Shown: in pieces, positions 44,074-52,247 of the stretch
How positions within the stretch are numbered: the first letter of the stretch is position 1
Layout: each line of letters begins with the position of its first letter
Assembly: GCA_964559765.1 (NCBI GenBank)
Contig: CAZLHU010000001.1
Coordinates: 75,600 to 139,599, forward strand
Length of the DNA: 64,000 bases
DNA from: an uncultured Candidatus Saccharibacteria bacterium
GTDB lineage: Bacteria; Patescibacteriota; Minisyncoccia; UBA6257; Colwellbacteraceae
Direction of reading: 5' to 3'
The notes under the pieces: model-generated
Databases searched by the model: none
Told to the model about the DNA's origin: nothing
The model's input: only the letters and a program-made list of their open reading frames with translations
Program-made: the position numbers and the translations under genes

Positions 44074-45246
44074 TCAAATTAATCTGCCTAGGGCCCTTCT
44101 CTTGTCGTCAGACGAGAGTTTTGTTTTCTTAACCGCATTAGCCAGAATTGCGATAGTCTGATCATAGGTCACGCGATCCACGGGATATGGCGTCGCGTCC
44201 TTGCCGCCATGAGCGAAACTATAACGTGCTGGGTCCTCATAAGATGGCTGCGCCCCATAAATCACCTCTCCGACCAATGCGAGTGCTCTCACCGTTTTCG
44301 GACCAACGCCCTGCAACGATACCAATTGTTCGTAATTTTTCGGCTTCAGGTACGTAACCCTCTCCAAAATCTTCTCTAGATACTTGCTGTTGGAGAAGCT
44401 CTCATTGACCACGGGATGGTACTTGAATTCCTTTGTTTCCAAATTAAGCAATGTTAGTTGGCCCCTTGCCGTCTCCAATCTGGCCATCTGCGACAGGTGC
44501 GAAGAGTATCTCCTCAACAGGTTTATATCTTTCATAAGCGTCGTATAACCGCTGTCCACCAGCTCGGTCGATATCTCCCTGGTTTTGGCGCTGCGGCTCG
44601 AGGTCAGGTTCAGCGCTTTGGATAATTTTAATTCCGAAGATATCCCGGCGTGTGGTTCATTAACCAGATCCTCCACTTTTTCAGAGTACCAATGATAGCG
44701 ACGGGCTGATTGCCTATCTTTATTCATCCCCTGTTGAACGACCGCCCAAACCCCGTTCCTGGAAAACATGAAGCTGTGGTGATATATCTGAAAACCATCT
44801 TGAACGAGAGCGCTGTCCACTTTTGCGCTCATCTTCGAATTATAAACAAGGTTATTGGTCTTTGATTCGGATAGCGATAACCGCTCCCCCCAATTCTGTA
44901 TTTCCTGCGGTGTCCTTCTGGAAGTCTTCCCTTTGCCACCGCAGATAAACACCCCGAATTCGGCCTCCCGGCCACGAATGGCCTCTTTCATGGCGGCGGT
45001 AAGTATGGTCGTAAGGCCCGACGCATTCCAATCGAAAGCCAAGACAGTCCCCAGCGACTGGAACCATACTGGGTCGGCCATTCGCCGGATGAACTCGTCC
45101 GGCCCATACTCGGCAATTAGCACCTCCGTCATTTCGCGGCCCAACTTGACCATGCGCTGAAAAAGCCATGGCGGACAATGGCCGTAATCAAGACCGAAAG
45201 TGGCTATACCCCTATGAATCATTACCCTATTATAACGCCACAACAA
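44074..45246 (-). CDS. DUF763-family protein with C-terminal helix-hairpin-helix motif
   Basis: 390 aa with a C-terminal LQGVGPKTVRALALVGEVIYG HhH segment. The DUF763 assignment is from recollection of the family architecture and has low certainty. Confidence 0.4.
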   Translation of the reverse strand: MLWRYNRVMIHRGIATFGLDYGHCPPWLFQRMVKLGREMTEVLIAEYGPDEFIRRMADPVWFQSLGTVLAFDWNASGLTTILTAAMKEAIRGREAEFGVFICGGKGKTSRRTPQEIQNWGERLSLSESKTNNLVYNSKMSAKVDSALVQDGFQIYHHSFMFSRNGVWAVVQQGMNKDRQSARRYHWYSEKVEDLVNEPHAGISSELKLSKALNLTSSRSAKTREISTELVDSGYTTLMKDINLLRRYSSHLSQMARLETARGQLTLLNLETKEFKYHPVVNESFSNSKYLEKILERVTYLKPKNYEQLVSLQGVGPKTVRALALVGEVIYGAQPSYEDPARYSFAHGGKDATPYPVDRVTYDQTIAILANAVKKTKLSSDDKRRALGRLI

Positions 45247-45333
45247 TATTAATGGATTCCCATAAGTCCGTACGCATCTAAGGGCGTTGCACGAAAATCC
45301 AGTCTCATATATATTAAAAACATAGAAAACTTC

Positions 45334-45855
45334 ATTCTAAATAACCAGATAGGCGCCAAAGAGCTTAGGGTAGTCGACGAAGCTGGGGGGAACCTCGGCG
45401 TTATTTCACGCGATGAAGCCATCCGCATGGCCAAAGAGAAGGGGCTCGACCTGGTCCTAATTGTCGCGCAGGCGAATCCGCCGGTGGCAAAGATCATCAA
45501 CTTCGACAAGTTCCGCTACGAGAAGGCTAAGGAGATGAGGAAGCAGAAAGCTGCGACAAAAGCTTTGGGGATGAAACAGATCCAGGTAAGCGTCCGTGAA
45601 GCCACGAACGATATGGCCCGCAAGGCGAAGAAGATCGATGAGTTCCTGGACGAGGGATATAAGATCGAAATACAGCTCACCCTCCGGGGCAGGGAGAAGG
45701 GTATGCAGGACTTTGCCCGGGGGAAATTCAACGACTTCCTCAAACTCATCGCCACTCCCTATAAACTGACCCAAAACATCCAGAAGGGGGCTCATGGTCT
45801 ATTAGTCCAACTAAGCAAGGACGCGCACCCCTCGGGAACGGAACAGAAGGTTTAA
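45334..45855 (+). CDS. infC: Translation initiation factor IF-3, probable non-AUG (AUU/AUA) start
   Basis: The ORF track starts at an internal Met (45427). The same frame is open back to 45253 and encodes the IF-3 N-domain (NQIGAKELRVVDEAGGNLGVISRDEAIRMAKEKGLDLVLI). There is no in-frame ATG upstream, only ATT/ATA codons at 45313, 45322, 45334 and 45349. The exact start is uncertain. Confidence 0.75.
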   Translation: MLNNQIGAKELRVVDEAGGNLGVISRDEAIRMAKEKGLDLVLIVAQANPPVAKIINFDKFRYEKAKEMRKQKAATKALGMKQIQVSVREATNDMARKAKKIDEFLDEGYKIEIQLTLRGREKGMQDFARGKFNDFLKLIATPYKLTQNIQKGAHGLLVQLSKDAHPSGTEQKV

Positions 45856-45912
45856 AAGGCTCAGACTCGACAAAAGAAACGCTTTACGCTATCATCACTG
45901 CCGTATTCCACC

Positions 45913-46092
45913 ATGACTAAAAGAGCTATAACCGATCGATTTCGGGTAACTAAAAATGGGAAAGTGTTGCGCAGGCCGATGGGCTTGGGCCACTCTCGTG
46001 CGAATAAGAACGGGGAAAGCATACGCGGCAAAAGGAAGAGCAGGGCTCTTTTGCCTATGGATTCCAAGAAGATCGCCAAGAAATACTTATAA
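45913..46092 (+). CDS. rpmI: 50S ribosomal protein L35 (missed by the ORF track; 59 aa)
   Basis: My own translation gives MTKRAITDRFRVTKNGKVLRRPMGLGHSRANKNGESIRGKRKSRALLPMDSKKIAKKYL. It lies between infC and rplT, as in the conserved infC-rpmI-rplT operon. Confidence 0.8.
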   Translation: MTKRAITDRFRVTKNGKVLRRPMGLGHSRANKNGESIRGKRKSRALLPMDSKKIAKKYL

Positions 46093-46104
46093 TAAACACT
46101 TAAT

Positions 46105-46452
46105 ATGGCAAGGGTAAAAAGAGGCACAATCGCAGCCAAAAAGCGCCGCAAGGTTCTAAAATACACCAAAGGGTTCCGTTGGGGCCGCAAGTCTAAAGAG
46201 CGTGCTGCAAAAGAGGCTCTCCTTCACGCTTGGTCGCATGCCTTTAGGGGCCGTAAGGAGGAAAAGAGGGTCAATCGTACTGGTTGGCAGGCTAAGATCA
46301 ACGCGGCTGGTCGCATGGAGGGATTGCCTTATCGTGAGTTAATCCACATTCTAAAGACTAACGACGTCAAACTTGATCGCAAGATACTAGCCGATATAGC
46401 TGAGAACGAACCCGCCGTCTTTAAGAAGATTGTGGCGTCGCTGAAGAAGTAA
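46105..46452 (+). CDS. rplT: 50S ribosomal protein L20
   Basis: 115 aa: MARVKRGTIAAKKRRKVLKYTKGFRWGRK... Confidence 0.95.
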   Translation: MARVKRGTIAAKKRRKVLKYTKGFRWGRKSKERAAKEALLHAWSHAFRGRKEEKRVNRTGWQAKINAAGRMEGLPYRELIHILKTNDVKLDRKILADIAENEPAVFKKIVASLKK

Positions 46453-46939
46453 CGCCCACTCTGGGGTGTGAGATAAAATTGTAAGCGCGTTTTATGACCG
46501 ATTCGTTTTCGCGGTAGGTATTTAGCAGCCGCAAAGCATCTTTATACTTGAACCATCCGAAGCCCTCGTGCTCTTCGGATATTTTTATATTTCTCTCTTT
46601 AGTCTCGGCAAGGTAGAAAATGACCGTCTTAGAAACTCTCGTTTTATCTTTATTGAAAAGGTAACGCTCATGGGCTTTAAACCCCCTCTTAAATTTAAGG
46701 TCGCTTTCCTTTAATCCGGTTTCCTCGCATGTCTCGCGTACGGCAGCCCTAAAACTCGTCTCTATCACTGGAGGGGCATTGTCGCTTCCGGATTTTAGCA
46801 GTTCGAGGTGTCCTTTCGGGAAATTCCAATAACGCCCGCCGTGATATAGCAGTAAAAACTTGGGACCCTCGTTGGTGCGACGATACACTACTATGCCGGC
46901 AGACACCTCATGACTTACCGCTTGTTGGGTTGGTTGCAT
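46421..46939 (-). CDS. NUDIX hydrolase
   Basis: Nudix box GHLELLKSGSDNAPPVIETSFRAAVRETCEETGL. The last 32 nt overlap the convergent rplT end. Confidence 0.75.
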   Translation of the reverse strand: MQPTQQAVSHEVSAGIVVYRRTNEGPKFLLLYHGGRYWNFPKGHLELLKSGSDNAPPVIETSFRAAVRETCEETGLKESDLKFKRGFKAHERYLFNKDKTRVSKTVIFYLAETKERNIKISEEHEGFGWFKYKDALRLLNTYRENESVIKRAYNFISHPRVGVTSSATPQSS

Positions 46940-46942
46940 TGA

Positions 46943-48679
46943 TTATGACTTTAACATTTTTATCATCTTCTCTAGCGGCCAGGCATTCACAACATCGCTG
47001 CGCTTAGCCCATCCTCGACGGGCTTGGGCTACGCCGTAGCCTACGAATTGTAGATGAGCTACAGCGTGAGCGTCAGAATCAATGGCAAACTTAACCCCGG
47101 CTTCAGCCGCTTTTCTTATATATTCGTCCTTAAGGTCAAGTCGATCAGGTATGCCGTCTATCTCTAAGACGGTATTTGTCTCCTTAGCCACTTTGATGAC
47201 CCTGTCTATATCTATATTGATAGGTTCGCGCTTATTAATCAACCTACCGGTTGGGTGGAAAACTATATCGACGTTCGGATTACGCATCGCCCTTTCTAAT
47301 CTCGCTGTCTGTTCTTTAATAGGCATATCGAAGAATGAGTGGATCGACACCCCTACGATGTCCAATTTAGCCAACGCTTCGTCGGATATATCCAATGTGC
47401 CGTCTTTCAATATGTCACACTCAGTACCTTTCAATATAGTGATGCGGCCCTTTAATTTCTTATTTATTCTATCTATCTCCAATCCTTGTTTGGCCAATCC
47501 CTTCTCATCCAGGCCGTGAGCCATGGCGAGCCTCTTGGTATGGTCTGTTATTGCTATGTATTTATGTCCGAGCTTCTCCGCAGCTAGGGCCATTTCCTCT
47601 ATTGAGTTTGCGCCATCGGTCCAGTTAGATTGGACCTGAAGATCGCCGACCACATCCCGATAGCCTATCAATTTGGGAAGTTTGTGCTTCCTGGCTAGCT
47701 CCAATTCTCCCGTATCCTCGCGCATTTCCGGCGGCACATATTCCAAGCCTAGTTTGTTATATATATCCTCCTCTGTCCGGCTCGCTATATTGATCCATTC
47801 GTCCTTGCCCCTGCCCTTGCGGAATAGTCCGTACTCATTAAGTTTCCAGCCCCTGCTTTGGGCCATTTCACGCATGGCAACGTTATGCGCCTTGGAACCG
47901 GTGAAATAGGCCAATGCGGCGCCATACGACTCTGCTGGGACGACCCTAAGATCCACGTCCATCCCATTACTCAGGCGAACTGAAGACTTTGTGTTCCCTT
48001 GCGCAACTATCTCTACGACGTCGGGCTGGGAAACGAATCTATCCATGACGACCTTGGGATTTGCTGATATCACAAGAAAGTCTAGGTCCCCTACGGTTTC
48101 TTTTTGGCGCCTGAAAGATCCGGCGACATCCACCTTAGACACGCCAGGCACGTTGCTCATGCTCTTTTGTATGGATAGGACCAGATCAGCCGCCTCACCC
48201 AAAGGGAAGCGTCCCGAGTGCCGGCGATAGGCCTCGATGCCCTTTATAATTTTCTCCTCTGACTTCGCTCCGAAACCGGAGAGCTTGCTAATCTGTTTAT
48301 TTTTTAACGCCTTCTCCAATCCCTTCAAATCCCTTACTCCAAGCTCCCTATATAACAATTGAATTGTTTTTGGCCCCAATCCTTCTATGTTTGAAAGCTC
48401 GGAAATATTGACCGGGTGCTTCTTTTTTAGGTCCTCATAATATTTCAATCTGCCCGTCTTCAGGAGCTCCTCTATCTTCTCGGCGATGGAAACCCCGACC
48501 CCGGGCACGTCCTCGAGCGCTTTGAGACCCCCGCGCTTATATAGCTCAGATAGGTCCTCTTCTAGATTCGATATAGCCTCGGCCGCACGGTCGTATGCCC
48601 TAGGCTTGAAAGCCACCCCCTCCATCTCCAAAAAACTTGCTATGGCTGATAGAGTTTTGGCGACTTCGGAGTTCCTCAT
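46943..48679 (-). CDS. polX: DNA polymerase X family protein with C-terminal PHP phosphoesterase domain
   Basis: 578 aa with Pol-beta-like HhH motifs (GVGVSIAEKI, GLGPKT), a nucleotidyltransferase motif GSFRRQKETVGDLDFLV, and a PHP domain (HTKRLAMAHG...DSDAH). Confidence 0.85.
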   Translation of the reverse strand: MRNSEVAKTLSAIASFLEMEGVAFKPRAYDRAAEAISNLEEDLSELYKRGGLKALEDVPGVGVSIAEKIEELLKTGRLKYYEDLKKKHPVNISELSNIEGLGPKTIQLLYRELGVRDLKGLEKALKNKQISKLSGFGAKSEEKIIKGIEAYRRHSGRFPLGEAADLVLSIQKSMSNVPGVSKVDVAGSFRRQKETVGDLDFLVISANPKVVMDRFVSQPDVVEIVAQGNTKSSVRLSNGMDVDLRVVPAESYGAALAYFTGSKAHNVAMREMAQSRGWKLNEYGLFRKGRGKDEWINIASRTEEDIYNKLGLEYVPPEMREDTGELELARKHKLPKLIGYRDVVGDLQVQSNWTDGANSIEEMALAAEKLGHKYIAITDHTKRLAMAHGLDEKGLAKQGLEIDRINKKLKGRITILKGTECDILKDGTLDISDEALAKLDIVGVSIHSFFDMPIKEQTARLERAMRNPNVDIVFHPTGRLINKREPINIDIDRVIKVAKETNTVLEIDGIPDRLDLKDEYIRKAAEAGVKFAIDSDAHAVAHLQFVGYGVAQARRGWAKRSDVVNAWPLEKMIKMLKS

Positions 48680-48684
48680 TGAAC

Positions 48685-51201
48685 CTATTGCTTATCAAAC
48701 CTTATTTTATCGCCATCAACCGTAGCCGAAATCACAGTTCCTCGGTCGAATGACATCGATAATATCATCTCGGAAAGCGGTCCCCGCAATTTTTCAGATA
48801 TAACCTCCCTCAATGGCCTTGCACCAAACACTGGGTCATACCCCCATTCGGCTAATTTGGATAATGTCTCCTGCGGAACGTTTAGCTCAATGTCTTTTTC
48901 GCTCTTCAACGTATCCCTTAACTCGTTTATCTGGAATCGGGCTATATTTACTATGTCCTCTTCACTCAAACTGCGAAAGACTATCACATTCATACGGTTA
49001 AGCAACTCTGGATGGAAAACGTCGGTCAGTTTATCCTTGAACTCTCCGGTTATATCCTCCATTGTCCGTCCTTGAGCCAGCTCACTCTTAATAAAATCCG
49101 AGTGGGCATTGGAAGTCGCGATGATTATCGTATTTTGGAAACTCACCGTACGGCCGAGATTGTCGGTCAGCCGGCCGTCGTCGAAGACCTGCAGGAAAAG
49201 ATTAAGTATGTCCGGGCTGGCCTTTTCGAACTCATCCAGCAGCACGAGGCTATATGGATGTTCTATCACTGCGTCGGTGAGAAGTCCGTTCACCGCACCG
49301 TCCGGCGAGCCGATCAGTCTCATAGCGCTTCCCTTGTCCTGGTATTCAGACATGTCGAAACGCACCATTGCATTCTCAGACCCAAACTGGACCCTAGCCA
49401 ATATTTTGGACAGTTCCGTTTTACCTACGCCGGTCGGTCCGACGAATAGGAATGAGCTTATAGGCCCGCCCTTCCGCATGATGCCGCTGCGGTATTCGCG
49501 GAGAGCCCGCGACACCGATCTTACAGCTATCTCCTGGTCCACGAAGTGCTCATGAATTATGTCCTCGAGGTGCAGTAGCTGCTCCCTCTCCGCCTTGCCG
49601 GCTTGATGGATAGGGACTCTTGCCCGCTTTTCGGCTACCTTGGCGACGTCTTCGCTGACGATAGATTTCTGCCCGTTTCGACTGGCCTCTGTAAGAGCCT
49701 CCTTAAGAAGGTCGTCGGCAGAAGCCGGCAATAGTTTCGTCCTGAAGTATCTCTTGGCTAACTGGACCGCGCTCTTTATCGCCGCGTAAGTTATGGTGAC
49801 ATGATATATTTTCTCGAGGATGATGCTGTCGTAGACCATTATCCGCTCAGCTTGGTCCTCACTCACCTCCTCTACTGGTATCTCCTGGAATGCGCTGGAA
49901 AATACGCTATCGGTCTCGATGAGTTGTTTGTATTCCTTAGGATATGTCGTACCGATCGTCGGAAAATCATTGGAGATGACCAACGGCAGTAAAGTATTGG
50001 CTGCGGAAAGCTCCCTGGAGGCTGATGTGCGAGACAGGTCGTGGATGCCCGGTATGTAAAGGATTATATTCCCCGCCGCCTCTATCTCGCTGAATACTGT
50101 TTTTATGCGGCGCTGCAGTTCCCCTTGGTCAGCTCCCGACACCAATGCATTTATATCGATGGCAACCAGCCTTTTGTCGAACAGCGGCGCCGGAACTTCG
50201 TCCCTGTCGATCATGTATGCCAGATGGGAGATCAGGGTTTCCTTGCCGACGCCCGGATCGCCTATCAGTAGGGCGTTTGGTTTATTCGGCCGCGAGATGG
50301 TATTGATCAGTCTTTCATATTCTTTCTCATGGCCGATCAGGAAACCTATTTTGTCCGCCCTCGCCATGTCGGTAAGGTCGGAGCTTATCTTATCCAAAGC
50401 CGGCGTGGGTCTTGCTGTCCAAGCGCGGTTCATAAAGCGATGCTTCACCCGATAGGAGTGCCCGGCAAATCCACCCAAGCTCGACGGCATACGCGTAGTA
50501 TGTGGTAATGATTTAAAACGGCCGAAAATTAAAGCTTTTTCCAGGTCATCCGGCGCTACTTGGAATAGATCGAAGAGCTTTGCTATGTCTGGGTCGCCTA
50601 CGGAAGACATGCCGGCAAATAGGTCGGCTGGATTTATTTCGTCCGTCTGTCCGGCCAGAGCCTGGCTCATGGCAGCCACAGCAAGATCCTCTCCGAGCTT
50701 TGCCAATTGAACTCGGGTATATTTTACCGATGTGCTTTTGCTTAGATGTTCCATGAGCTTGGAATTGAACTCGTCCGGCGAGATGTCGAGACGACGTAAG
50801 GCCTCTTTGACCTCATTCCTCGATACTAGATCTTTGCTCAAATGCAGATAGGGATGCCCTCCGAAAATCTGGGCGCGACTGAACGCCGCGAGCATCAGAC
50901 CCATGGCCTGCGGACTCATGTATTCCGCTGCATTGACGTCCCCTGTTTTGGGCGACTTAAATAAAGACCTTTCAGATTGATTGCGATGGATAAAGCGGTC
51001 GGCCAGATAAAGCAGCAACAATGCGCCGGTTGATTTCATCCACGCCTCTCCGGACAGCAGGAAAACAATCGCCCCCACAGTCAGAACCACCATCCAAACA
51101 TAGATGATTATATTCAGGATAGTTCTGGTCGACGGCGACATGGCCAACCTCGGATCTTTAAATTGGATATTAAGTGATGGCATGGTTTGTAAATGCGCCA
51201 T
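48685..51201 (-). CDS. ClpA/ClpC-like two-domain AAA+ ATPase with N-terminal transmembrane anchor
   Basis: 838 aa with two Walker A motifs (GDPGVGKETL, GPTGVGKTELSK) and a sensor/ClpB_D2-small C-terminus. The first ~70 aa contain 1-2 hydrophobic helices (ILNIIIYVWMVVLTVGAIVFLLSG). Confidence 0.85.
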   Translation of the reverse strand: MAHLQTMPSLNIQFKDPRLAMSPSTRTILNIIIYVWMVVLTVGAIVFLLSGEAWMKSTGALLLLYLADRFIHRNQSERSLFKSPKTGDVNAAEYMSPQAMGLMLAAFSRAQIFGGHPYLHLSKDLVSRNEVKEALRRLDISPDEFNSKLMEHLSKSTSVKYTRVQLAKLGEDLAVAAMSQALAGQTDEINPADLFAGMSSVGDPDIAKLFDLFQVAPDDLEKALIFGRFKSLPHTTRMPSSLGGFAGHSYRVKHRFMNRAWTARPTPALDKISSDLTDMARADKIGFLIGHEKEYERLINTISRPNKPNALLIGDPGVGKETLISHLAYMIDRDEVPAPLFDKRLVAIDINALVSGADQGELQRRIKTVFSEIEAAGNIILYIPGIHDLSRTSASRELSAANTLLPLVISNDFPTIGTTYPKEYKQLIETDSVFSSAFQEIPVEEVSEDQAERIMVYDSIILEKIYHVTITYAAIKSAVQLAKRYFRTKLLPASADDLLKEALTEASRNGQKSIVSEDVAKVAEKRARVPIHQAGKAEREQLLHLEDIIHEHFVDQEIAVRSVSRALREYRSGIMRKGGPISSFLFVGPTGVGKTELSKILARVQFGSENAMVRFDMSEYQDKGSAMRLIGSPDGAVNGLLTDAVIEHPYSLVLLDEFEKASPDILNLFLQVFDDGRLTDNLGRTVSFQNTIIIATSNAHSDFIKSELAQGRTMEDITGEFKDKLTDVFHPELLNRMNVIVFRSLSEEDIVNIARFQINELRDTLKSEKDIELNVPQETLSKLAEWGYDPVFGARPLREVISEKLRGPLSEMILSMSFDRGTVISATVDGDKIRFDKQ

Positions 51202-51523
51202 AAATCAATATAAGTGGTATGGCTGCCCACAATAGATATACCGCTACGAAAATCACCGCTATGACAAAATAAATCACGAAAGCCACGACAACCCGGATGG
51301 CGCGGAATATAAATCCTAGAATATGTCCGGCGAAAGACCTATCTTGATACAGCGGCTCGAACATATGATGCAAAGTAACCCTTAGGGCCAAGGATCGATC
51401 CAGATATCCGAATACGCCCAATGCTCTATGCGTCAGCACTAAAAAACCGCCTACGTACCAATCGCGCAAGAATTGGGCCAATCGATTTAAAAAACGCGTG
51501 GCGAGATAAAGCACGCTTGTCAT
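51170..51523 (-). CDS. Hypothetical small membrane protein
   Basis: 117-aa ORF with a C-terminal TM helix. It overlaps the clp gene 5' end by 32 nt, and coding status is uncertain. Confidence 0.3.
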   Translation of the reverse strand: MTSVLYLATRFLNRLAQFLRDWYVGGFLVLTHRALGVFGYLDRSLALRVTLHHMFEPLYQDRSFAGHILGFIFRAIRVVVAFVIYFVIAVIFVAVYLLWAAIPLILIYGAFTNHAIT

Positions 51524-51626
51524 AGCTAGATTATAGCACTTGCCGCGCTACATAATCTCCTCAGCTATTTGTTGTACAATACCTCATATAGCGTCCCGCA
51601 AGTAAACCCATCGGCCAAAATCATAA

Positions 51627-52247
51627 ATGGACAAGGAAACTTTATTAAATGACCTAAGAGAGGAGATATCCTCGGATAAATCGCTTCCGCTTAGCGAATC
51701 CAACTTGGTGTTCGGAGAAGGTGACCCGGATACCGAGGTAATATTTATAGGGGAGGCGCCGGGCTTTTATGAAGACCGCGAAGGGAGGCCTTTCGTCGGC
51801 CGAGCAGGCAAATTGCTGGACGAGCTTCTTAAGGAAATAGAATGGAAACGCGACAGCGTTTATATAACGAATATCGTAAAGCGCCGCCCGCCCGAAAATC
51901 GCGATCCATTGCCCGAGGAAGTGGCTGCATATTATCCATATCTCAGAAAGCAGATCGATATAATAAACCCGAAACTCATACTTCCGTTGGGAAGATTTTC
52001 AATGAATGTATTCCTTCCGGACGCCAAGATATCCCGCGATCAAGGCAAAGTGTTCAGGAAGGGTAATTGGATAATAGTTCCGCTGTACCATCCCGCTGCA
52101 GCTCTTAGATCGACCGCCGTCTTAAACGATCTTCGCAACGCTTTCAGCAAACTGCCGGTGATCAAGAATAAGCTGCCCGACCTCTTAAGAAATAGAGTCG
52201 AACCCTCTGTTGTCGAGCACCCCTCTCATCAGGATAAATTGATTTAA
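51627..52247 (+). CDS. Uracil-DNA glycosylase, family 4
   Basis: GEAPG (FIGEAPGFYED) and FVGRAG motifs plus the C-terminal HPAA motif of UDG family 4. Confidence 0.85.
   Translation: MDKETLLNDLREEISSDKSLPLSESNLVFGEGDPDTEVIFIGEAPGFYEDREGRPFVGRAGKLLDELLKEIEWKRDSVYITNIVKRRPPENRDPLPEEVAAYYPYLRKQIDIINPKLILPLGRFSMNVFLPDAKISRDQGKVFRKGNWIIVPLYHPAAALRSTAVLNDLRNAFSKLPVIKNKLPDLLRNRVEPSVVEHPSHQDKLI

Noticed and set aside
45249-46190. Minus-strand ORFs 45249..45509, 45457..45795 and 45861..46190
   Set aside because: They are antisense to infC and rpmI. The plus-strand products have clear IF-3 and L35 homology.
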